Source: Shewanellaceae bacterium UBA2521 (GTDB lineage Bacteria > Pseudomonadota > Gammaproteobacteria > Enterobacterales > Shewanellaceae). From it: DNA of 14,799 bases. Where the stretch lies: assembly GCA_002341165.1 (NCBI GenBank), contig DDNL01000009.1, positions 4,370-19,168 on the forward strand, in the 5' to 3' direction. Position 1 is the stretch's first letter, and each line of letters starts with the position of its first letter. A program made the translations under genes and the position numbers. Under the pieces are notes generated by a model that worked only from the letters and a program-made list of their open reading frames with translations, made no database searches and had not been told where the DNA came from. This document shows positions 8,194 through 14,799 of this stretch, in pieces.

Positions 8194-9842
8194 TGAGACA
8201 GGTTAAACATATAATTTTATGGGTATTGCTCGTATCTTGTAGCGCTATGGCACAAGACAATACATCGTTAAAACTAAAACAAATGTCGTTTTCGGCAGAG
8301 CTAGAAAGTCGTTTAAACAGCGATGTTGAGCGAGTTATTGGAACCAATAAGCACATTTTATCGGTGCGCTCTGAATTTGTTTATGATGCAAAAACTGCAT
8401 CAAACAAGACTGATTCGATCGATATGGATATATCGGATGCACCTGATTTACCTGGATTATCGGGTATGCCGGCTATCGATGAGCCGAAACCAGCTAAAAA
8501 AGCAGTAAAAGAGCCAATGATTCGTTCGTTTAATACGAAATTAATTTTGGACCAGAGTGTGACCGCTGAACAAGAACAGTTATTACGTGGTTTGTTACTT
8601 CAGAAATTAGAGTACGACCCTATGCGTGGTGACCAATTTAGCATAACGCGTGCAGAACTTGATACAGCATCAGCTGTTGATGAGATTCAATCCTTATGGG
8701 ATGAGTACTGGCCTTTAATAGCTGCCTTAGCTGCTTTATTACTATTGTTACTTATTTGGTTCATCGTACGTCGTTCATCGAAAAAGAAAGATGCTGATGT
8801 TGCACCGGTAACATTAGATAAACCAACTTCGCCAGAAGCATTGCTTGATATGAAAAAAGGTGAGTTAAAAGCGATTCGTGAAAAGCTGGTTAAACAAAGC
8901 TTAAGTGAGCCTGAAAAAACAAAAGAAGTGATGAGCAGCTTGAGTTTAAATGAGCAGAACTTGCCTATGTTGTCGTCAACATACCAAGAGCTTGGACGTG
9001 CTTTATTTACATCGATGTATCCAACTTTGGTACCCAATATTCCAAGTTATTTGAAGTATTTAGAAGAAAATCCAACAGATTACGATGGTTTAGTACGTCA
9101 CTTAACCGATTTAAATCATTTGCTTTCAGATGCGCAATCATCGGATCAATTTGAAAATAAAGTGAAGCCTTTTGGATTCTTAGAGCGCATGACGGATAAT
9201 CAAATCCGTTGGGTACTCGATGACGAATCAGATCGTGTGAAAGCGGTTGTATTATGTCAGTTAAGCACAGACAAAGCGTCTAAATTGCTAACAACTTTTA
9301 ATGCCCAGACGCAAACACAATTAGCCATTGAGATTGCTCAGTTTAAATCGATGCCGATGACAACCTTTAATGAAGTTGCTGCATCATTAGCTGTAAAAGC
9401 ACGTTCAGTGCCAGATTTTAATACGATTGCTGTTGATGGCACACAATTACTTATTAAGATGTTAGATAGTATGAATTTATCGCAAGCAGAAGCTTTGGTT
9501 TCTCAGTTGAAATCGAGCTCGCCAGATATCTATCTAGATCTTCGACAAGTGTATTACATGTTTGAAGACATCTTGAGAACACCTGCGAATGTATTGAGCA
9601 ATCACTTACGTACGATGGAACCAAAAACGTTAGCCTTAGCCCTTTCAGAATTTACGGAAGAGCAAGTGGGTAAAGTATTATCGTCATTCCCTGAGCGTTT
9701 TGTTGCGATGTTGAAGCAAGAAATTCAGCAAGTAACGGATTTAGATAAAGGCAATGTTGAATCTGCTAAGCAGCAAGTCACCTTAGTTATACGTGAAGCG
9801 TTGAAAAACAAGCAGTTCAGTATGAATGATTTAGAGGTGTAA
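8193..9842 (+). CDS. Membrane-anchored FliF-FliG-like fusion protein (putative non-flagellar rotor)
   Basis: Start ATG overlaps the previous stop (TAATG). Signal/TM N-term; FliF-like periplasmic segment FSAELESRLNSDVERVIGTNKHILSVRSEFVYD...FNTKLILDQSVTAEQEQLLRGLLLQKLEYDPMRGDQFSITRAEL; TM YWPLIAALAALLLLLLIWFIVRR; FliG-like C-term VDGTQLLIKMLDSMNLSQAEALVSQLKSSSPDIYLDLRQVYYMFEDILRTPANVLSNHLRTMEPKTLALALSEF...SFPERFVAMLKQEI...NVESAKQQVTLVIREAL. Confidence 0.8.
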   Translation: MRQVKHIILWVLLVSCSAMAQDNTSLKLKQMSFSAELESRLNSDVERVIGTNKHILSVRSEFVYDAKTASNKTDSIDMDISDAPDLPGLSGMPAIDEPKPAKKAVKEPMIRSFNTKLILDQSVTAEQEQLLRGLLLQKLEYDPMRGDQFSITRAELDTASAVDEIQSLWDEYWPLIAALAALLLLLLIWFIVRRSSKKKDADVAPVTLDKPTSPEALLDMKKGELKAIREKLVKQSLSEPEKTKEVMSSLSLNEQNLPMLSSTYQELGRALFTSMYPTLVPNIPSYLKYLEENPTDYDGLVRHLTDLNHLLSDAQSSDQFENKVKPFGFLERMTDNQIRWVLDDESDRVKAVVLCQLSTDKASKLLTTFNAQTQTQLAIEIAQFKSMPMTTFNEVAASLAVKARSVPDFNTIAVDGTQLLIKMLDSMNLSQAEALVSQLKSSSPDIYLDLRQVYYMFEDILRTPANVLSNHLRTMEPKTLALALSEFTEEQVGKVLSSFPERFVAMLKQEIQQVTDLDKGNVESAKQQVTLVIREALKNKQFSMNDLEV

Positions 9843-9844
9843 GC

Positions 9845-10627
9845 ATGATCTCCTTTAGTAACATATTTGGATTCTTATTAGCGATTGGACTCATATGTGG
9901 TTCAATCATGATGTCGACAGACAACTATTTGTTGTTTGTCAGCATCTCAAGTTTGATTATCGTTGTGGGTGGCTCTTTTGCAGCTTCTCTGGTTGGTTAC
10001 TCATTTCCGTTGGTATTCAGCGCCTTAAAAGGTATTTTACAAAACCTTATGATTGAAGATAACGACATGAAAACCAAGCACATGTCAATTCGACGTATGA
10101 CCGAGTGGAACAACACGTTTCATTCAGGCGGTATCACTGAGTTAGAAAACTCATTAACAGAAAAAGAAAAGAAAGATTCTTTTATCAAGCTAGGTATCGA
10201 TTTAATCGGTACAGGCTACAAAGGTGAAGAGTTACAAGCACTATTGGAAGAAAGCAATGAAAGCCAATCCATGCAAGACATGCGTCATGCTGAAGTGTTA
10301 AATACTTTAGCTAACTTCGCACCGGGTTTTGGTATGGTTGGTACGTTAATCGGTTTAATCGTGATGCTAGATAATTTAAGTGGCGATATGGCGGTACTAG
10401 GAAAAGGCTTAGCGGTTGCTCTTCTTACAACCTTTTACGGTGTTATTTCAGCGCAATTATTTTTTAAACCAGCTTCTATGCGTGTACAACGTCGTGTTGA
10501 GATGGAAGCACATCGTCGAGAAATGCAAATCAGAGCTTTTATGATGATGACGACTAAACGTCCTTCTCTTCACGTTCAAGATCATATGAATGGTTATTTA
10601 CCCTTTAATAAGCGCTTGGAAGATTAA
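9845..10627 (+). CDS. MotA/PomA-like stator (proton channel) protein
   Basis: 260 aa; SSLIIVVGGSFAASLVGYSF, SFIKLGIDLIGTGYKGEELQALLEE, NTLANFAPGFGMVGTLIGLIVMLDNL...LGKGLAVALLTTFYGVISAQLFFKPA. Confidence 0.9.
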   Translation: MISFSNIFGFLLAIGLICGSIMMSTDNYLLFVSISSLIIVVGGSFAASLVGYSFPLVFSALKGILQNLMIEDNDMKTKHMSIRRMTEWNNTFHSGGITELENSLTEKEKKDSFIKLGIDLIGTGYKGEELQALLEESNESQSMQDMRHAEVLNTLANFAPGFGMVGTLIGLIVMLDNLSGDMAVLGKGLAVALLTTFYGVISAQLFFKPASMRVQRRVEMEAHRREMQIRAFMMMTTKRPSLHVQDHMNGYLPFNKRLED

Positions 10628-10629
10628 TC

Positions 10630-11274
10630 ATGGCTAAGAGCAGAAAGAAAGTTGCACTAGAAGAGAGTAATAGTTGGTTACTGACGTACAGTGATGTTGT
10701 CACTTTATTGGTCGCTTTCTTTGTACTTTTAATTGCAACGTCTCAAGTAGATGAAGGTAAGTTGGAAGATGTTAAGCAAGGGTTATCAATAGTGTCGGAT
10801 TCAGAATCACAAACACCGATGCAAGATTTAAGTGAGCAAGTAGAAACGATCATTAAAGAGCAAGAGTTAGCATCAATTAAAGTTAAAAAAGTCATTGATG
10901 GTATCAAAATCGAACTTGATAGTGAAAACTTGTATGAATCTGGATCAGCATCTTTAAAGCCCGAAGGAAAAAAGATTCTCGTTGAGTTTACCAAGGCTAT
11001 TAATAGTGTTGATTTGGATCATCGTAACATTGTGATTGAAGGTCACAGTGACGATGTGCCAATCCGTAACGCTGAATTTCATAACAACTGGGAATTATCC
11101 TCAGCTCGCGCTATTGAAGTGACGTTACATCTTATTGACTTAGGTGTTGACAAATCTAAGCTACGAGCAGTTTCTTATGCTGATTCTCAGCCTAGAGCAA
11201 ATAAGGAATTACCAATCGCGGAGCAGAGACAACAAAATCGACGCGTTGTTATTTACATAAAACGAGCGATATAA
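10630..11274 (+). CDS. MotB/PomB-like stator protein with OmpA-like peptidoglycan-binding domain
   Basis: SNSWLLTYSDVVTLLVAFFVLLIATS (TM with conserved Asp) and OmpA/MotB core IVIEGHSDDVPIRNAEFHNNWELSSARAIEVTLHLIDLGVDKSKLRAVSYADSQP...RQQNRRVVIYI. Confidence 0.92.
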   Translation: MAKSRKKVALEESNSWLLTYSDVVTLLVAFFVLLIATSQVDEGKLEDVKQGLSIVSDSESQTPMQDLSEQVETIIKEQELASIKVKKVIDGIKIELDSENLYESGSASLKPEGKKILVEFTKAINSVDLDHRNIVIEGHSDDVPIRNAEFHNNWELSSARAIEVTLHLIDLGVDKSKLRAVSYADSQPRANKELPIAEQRQQNRRVVIYIKRAI

Positions 11275-11298
11275 ATTAGCGGTTTTTGATATCCAACA

Positions 11299-11322
11299 GT
11301 ACGAAAACATTCGTTTTCGTAC
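11299..11322. terminator. Perfect hairpin downstream of the mot-like operon, possible weak terminator
   Basis: GTACGAAAAC-ATTC-GTTTTCGTAC, 24 nt after the motB-like stop; no clear T-tract. Confidence 0.45.
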
Positions 11323-11363
11323 ATTCTCTGTCAATACGTACACCTTTTTAGTACCAGTAAAAC

Positions 11364-11716
11364 GGCTCCGTTGCAAAAATTTACTTCGTTTTGCTTAAAT
11401 CATTGCCATCTTTACTAAAAAGAGAATTGCCTTTCTATGAGACGCACTTCTCCTAAGATGCCTTGATTTCGAAGCCATACATTCATCTGTTTCTTTCGAA
11501 ACATTCGCATCACTTCAAATCCTTTTAAGGTTGCAAAGGCTGTCTTCATGGATTGAAAACCTCGGGTAGGCTTAATCATTCTCTTTAGCTTACCATGATC
11601 CGACTCAATCCTATTATTCAAATATTTGACGTGCCTGTGCTGAATGATTTGACGACAGACCCCCTCTTTTTTAGAGCTGATAGAGCAGGTGCATAAGCTC
11701 GATCTTTATCGGATTC
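11364..11716 (-). pseudogene. IS6-family transposase remnant with one terminal inverted repeat
   Basis: End sequence GGCTCCGTTGCAAAAAT at 11364 resembles IS6/IS26-type termini. Minus strand encodes SDKDRAYAPALSALKKRG (one frame), then after a frameshift near 11665 VCRQIIQHRHVKYLNNRIESDHGKLKRMIKPTRGFQSMKTAFATLKGFEVMRMFRKKQ. N-terminal half missing. Confidence 0.88.
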
Positions 11717-11875
11717 AAAACGCGGATTTAATCGCTTAGCTTGGTAGATAGAAGGGTGTGCATCAATAATACCTTGAGCAATCTCTTTCACTTTAAAGGG
11801 TTGATAGGGATGTTGCTTTAAAATTTGGAAAATTTGATCGGTTTGACTTAACTTTGACATATCAAGCTTATGCAT
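11717..11875 (-). pseudogene. N-terminal fragment of a gene with a winged-helix/HARE-HTH-like domain, disrupted by the IS6 remnant
   Basis: MHKLDMSKLSQTDQIFQILKQHPYQPFKVKEIAQGIIDAHPSIYQAKRLNPRF then switches to transposase sequence. Confidence 0.45.
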
Positions 11876-12001
11876 CAAAATGAAAAGGCTTCTGATTATA
11901 CAACTGATATAAATAAGAAAAAAGTCACACCTTAAATTTGATAGATATTTTCAAATAGTTGCCGATATAGCTTTCATGCTATCCAAGAATAAAATTTTTT
12001 T

Positions 12002-14365
12002 ATGTTAAATACTAAGAATTATATATATTTTATTTTTCTTTTTATATTAGGCTGTGCAGACAGTTCTGAATTTAATATTATTGAAGAAATGCAAGGACAA
12101 CCTGCTCAAGGAGGACAACCTGATCAAGGAGGACAACCTGATCAAGGAGGACAACCTGACCAAGGTGGACAACCTGATCAAGGAGGACAACCTGACCAAG
12201 GTGGACAACCTGACCAAGGAGGACAACCTGACCAAGGAGGACAACCTGACCAAGGAGGACAACCTGACCAAGGAGGGCAACCTGACCAAGGAGGGCAACC
12301 TGACCAAGGAGGGCAACCTGACCAAGGAGGAAGCAACTCGAACCCTCAAAAATTTATTTTTTTCAACCAAAACAATCTTGAAAGTGATACCACAGGAGCT
12401 TTAAGTGGTACCGTGCACTTTGCTCAAAGCACAATCATGCCATCTAAAAATAAAATAAAAGATGATATCCAACCGCACCTTGTTTCTCAGCGTAAAGCTT
12501 TAGTTCTATTTAAGTCTCCAGATTTAGCAGAAGATAAAAACTTAAAAATGAGTATCTATGATAAAAATAATACACTTATTTATCAAAGTAATATGAACCA
12601 TCCCTCGAAATTACCTGCTATTGAGGGGGAATCTATAGAACCTATTTCTTTCAAAAATTTTGAACCTAATCAAACTCTAAATCTCAATACTCAAGCCCAA
12701 TTAAATGATCTTAAAGAAGATCTTTCGGGACAAAGATTAAGCTATTTCTTTAATACATTTGACTTTATTCATGTTCAAACCCAAGATGGAATACATATCG
12801 ATGACTTTCATCTACCTCTTCTCGCTAAAGGTTCTGAAAAGCATATACGTTTTTCATCTAGAGCTGGCTATGATTCAACCATTTACTTTTCAGGCTTAAA
12901 AAGATCCCTTAAAACGAATTTTGTCTTCGATTTTAAGTTCCAGAATCAAACTTGGTACATGAAAAGTCATATGAATCGTATAAAATACGGTTATTTTTGG
13001 AGTGCCCCCTTACCTAAGCAACATGTAAAACCTGGTATAAGTATTCGATTTACGCAAAATGGAGAAAATGGTCTGCTCAGTGCTCATGACATCAAAGTAG
13101 GTCCTGAAATCGAGTTACTTTTACACACCATTGACTTAGGGTTTCTGACTCCTTATCGAGATGAGTTTGACTTTCAAAAAAAAGATAAAAATCATATTGA
13201 GTATTATCAAACTATTCCCATAACAAAACTCATTGTGTCACGATATGAACCTCAACACTTTAAGACTGTAGGCTTACCCGATGGAACAGTCTACAACAGT
13301 AAAAGTGCAACCGACGGCGGTGTCTATACAGGTGATATGCGAAAAATTGGAAAAATTCTTATATCACATGGTATTAATTTAGCTAATTATGGTCTGACTT
13401 CATCTCATCCAACGAGTGAAAGTCCGCACAAATATATGGCTAATCAGATTACAATTCATAACTCTCAAGGTATCTATACAGATAAAGACTCAAAAGCATC
13501 AAAAAAAGTGATTCATGGCTTATCTGGAGGCAATGGTATGCTTACCTTGTCCGATTCTGAAGGTAATGAATTCAGTCATGAAATGGGGCATGCACTAAGT
13601 TTAGGACATTACCCAGGTGGCTTTGAAAGAAGTGTGCATCGCCCAGCACATATGATCAACTCAACTTGGGGGTGGGATAGTGTTCGTAATGAATTTACAC
13701 CTAATTTCGAGCATTATCCTACGAATAAACCTACCAAATATGATGGAGGCGCGAAAGATAAAGATAAAGGGAAGACTGTACAGCCTTTTCATGGACATAG
13801 TTTTGGCAAAGACTCTATGGGAGATGGAAGTCCACTCTATTCGAATCATTACACTTTATTTACTCCCTATACCATGAATAAAATGCAAAAATTTTTGGAG
13901 CGAACACCTCGCTTTGATAAGAATTCATCCACGGGCTTTTCTGTATGGGATGCTAATAAACAGGAATATAGAGAGGCTGCTAATAACGTATCTTCTTCAC
14001 GTAGAAAAGACTTCGGTGTACCTGTAGTCACTTTAGTGGGATATTATGATCCAACTAATACCATTAAATCCTTTGCCTATCCTGCTTTATACGGTAGCTA
14101 TGGTCATACTTATTATAGCTTCCCTAAATGGTTCAATAGCAAATGTCAGCTCACCGTCAAAAACGCTCGTAGAAAAAAAGTAACATTCTTCTTAAATGAC
14201 CGTGTCATTTTAAGAAAAAATATGAATAAATATCATGTCAATATTGCGCAATCATTTAAACCTACGAGTTACGATATAAAATGTCATGGTAAATTTGTTT
14301 TGCCTTCGTTTGCTATTAAACCTAAGAAATTTAATTTAAAAACCCATATTGTAGAAAGCCCTTAA
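12002..14365 (+). CDS. StcE/TagA-like zinc metalloprotease (peptidase M66 type), predicted lipoprotein
   Basis: Lipobox-like FILGC at residues 14-18. HExxHxxGxxH zinc motif in GNEFSHEMGHALSLGHYPGGFERSVHRPAHMINSTWGWDSVRNEFTPNF, closely resembling the StcE active-site segment. Confidence 0.88.
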   Translation: MLNTKNYIYFIFLFILGCADSSEFNIIEEMQGQPAQGGQPDQGGQPDQGGQPDQGGQPDQGGQPDQGGQPDQGGQPDQGGQPDQGGQPDQGGQPDQGGQPDQGGQPDQGGSNSNPQKFIFFNQNNLESDTTGALSGTVHFAQSTIMPSKNKIKDDIQPHLVSQRKALVLFKSPDLAEDKNLKMSIYDKNNTLIYQSNMNHPSKLPAIEGESIEPISFKNFEPNQTLNLNTQAQLNDLKEDLSGQRLSYFFNTFDFIHVQTQDGIHIDDFHLPLLAKGSEKHIRFSSRAGYDSTIYFSGLKRSLKTNFVFDFKFQNQTWYMKSHMNRIKYGYFWSAPLPKQHVKPGISIRFTQNGENGLLSAHDIKVGPEIELLLHTIDLGFLTPYRDEFDFQKKDKNHIEYYQTIPITKLIVSRYEPQHFKTVGLPDGTVYNSKSATDGGVYTGDMRKIGKILISHGINLANYGLTSSHPTSESPHKYMANQITIHNSQGIYTDKDSKASKKVIHGLSGGNGMLTLSDSEGNEFSHEMGHALSLGHYPGGFERSVHRPAHMINSTWGWDSVRNEFTPNFEHYPTNKPTKYDGGAKDKDKGKTVQPFHGHSFGKDSMGDGSPLYSNHYTLFTPYTMNKMQKFLERTPRFDKNSSTGFSVWDANKQEYREAANNVSSSRRKDFGVPVVTLVGYYDPTNTIKSFAYPALYGSYGHTYYSFPKWFNSKCQLTVKNARRKKVTFFLNDRVILRKNMNKYHVNIAQSFKPTSYDIKCHGKFVLPSFAIKPKKFNLKTHIVESP
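12110..12325 (+). repeat. Twelve tandem 18-bp repeats encoding (GGQPDQ)12
   Basis: GGAGGACAACCTGAYCAA-type units counted directly; in frame with the metalloprotease. Confidence 0.95.
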
Positions 14366-14385
14366 CCTTTGTTTTTATATCTGTT

Positions 14386-14490
14386 CTAAATAGGTTTTGC
14401 ATGGCGCATAAAAACTGTTTTGCCTGCACCGCGAACGCCCGAGATAAAAATTGTTTCATGCAAAAAAACAAAAGGAAAAAAACAAGACAT
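14386..14490 (-). pseudogene. Short remnant carrying an ATPase Walker A motif
   Basis: Minus-strand 34-aa ORF MSCFFPFVFLHETIFISGVRGAGKTVFMRHAKPI*; GVRGAGKT is a P-loop (GxxGxGKT) preceded by a hydrophobic strand. Nothing else of an ATPase remains. Confidence 0.4.
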
Positions 14491-14689
14491 CCACCTCAGT
14501 GAAATTGATTTAGGTTTGAGCCGTGGAACCTTTTCATTAGGATATTAGGTGGGTATACATGTGTATCTAAAATTAATGTAAAATAAAATATTAATAATCT
14601 TTAAAATATATTTTTTTATATTTTTTTTATATTTTTTTTATATATTTGTTTGAATCTAAAATATAAAAAATTAAAAAAAGAATATAATA

Positions 14690-14799
14690 ATGATAAAAAA
14701 ACAAAGTTAGGTTTGATGATTGGCGCTTTATTTTGTTCAAGTTTAACTTATGCTCAAGCAGAGCATAAAGCACCAAAGTTATCTGATGTGCTTGAATCT
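14690..14799 (+). CDS. Start of an exported protein, truncated by window edge
   Basis: MIKKTKLGLMIGALFCSSLTYAQAEHKAPKLSDVLES..., a clear Sec signal peptide; open to window end. Confidence 0.6.

Noticed and set aside
9845-11274. Zorya anti-phage system (ZorAB)
   Set aside because: The MotA-like protein lacks a long C-terminal tail and no ZorC/D/E-like gene is adjacent; the upstream partner is FliF/FliG-like. An anti-phage role remains untested but is not supported by gene content.
9845-11274. ExbB/ExbD energiser for the nearby TonB receptor
   Set aside because: Proteins have MotA length and a MotB OmpA-like domain, and are co-operonic with a FliG-like protein, separated from the receptor by a terminator and an IS remnant.
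12110-12325. CRISPR-like array
   Set aside because: Repeats are contiguous 18-bp coding units with no spacers, in frame with a protein.
12047-12404. Track ORFs 12047-12370 (-) and 12054-12404 (+), with LVRLPS or KEDNLT repeats
   Set aside because: Off-frame translations of the 18-bp GGQPDQ repeat tract inside the metalloprotease gene.
13661-13877. Short ORFs antisense or alternate-frame to the metalloprotease
   Set aside because: Overlap the strongly supported M66-type coding frame; no RBS or motif.

Overview
AT-rich gammaproteobacterial-like accessory window. Left part: a haem/iron (possibly zinc) uptake locus. It has a FecCD permease fragment and an HmuT-like binding protein on the minus strand, divergent from a HutZ/HugZ-like protein and a TonB-dependent receptor, with a near-consensus Fur box between them. 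The receptor carries a long His-rich tandem-repeat insert. Next come an unlisted 55-aa ORF with a textbook double-glycine leader (MKVIQKENLSQVSGG) and a decayed IS3-family element with a 90-bp tandem duplication of its end. The centre holds the most interesting feature, a tightly packed five-gene operon (6588-11274): a CsgG/FlgO-like plus beta-barrel outer-membrane candidate, a secreted TPR protein, a membrane protein that reads as a natural FliF-periplasmic-domain/TM/FliG fusion, a MotA homologue and a MotB homologue. No other flagellar genes are visible. This looks like a minimal, envelope-spanning rotor/stator machine. It is followed by an IS6-family transposase remnant inserted in a winged-helix-like gene fragment, a StcE-like (M66) zinc metalloprotease lipoprotein with twelve GGQPDQ repeats, a P-loop ATPase remnant, and the start of another exported protein. 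All homology calls come from motif recognition by eye; no database search was run.
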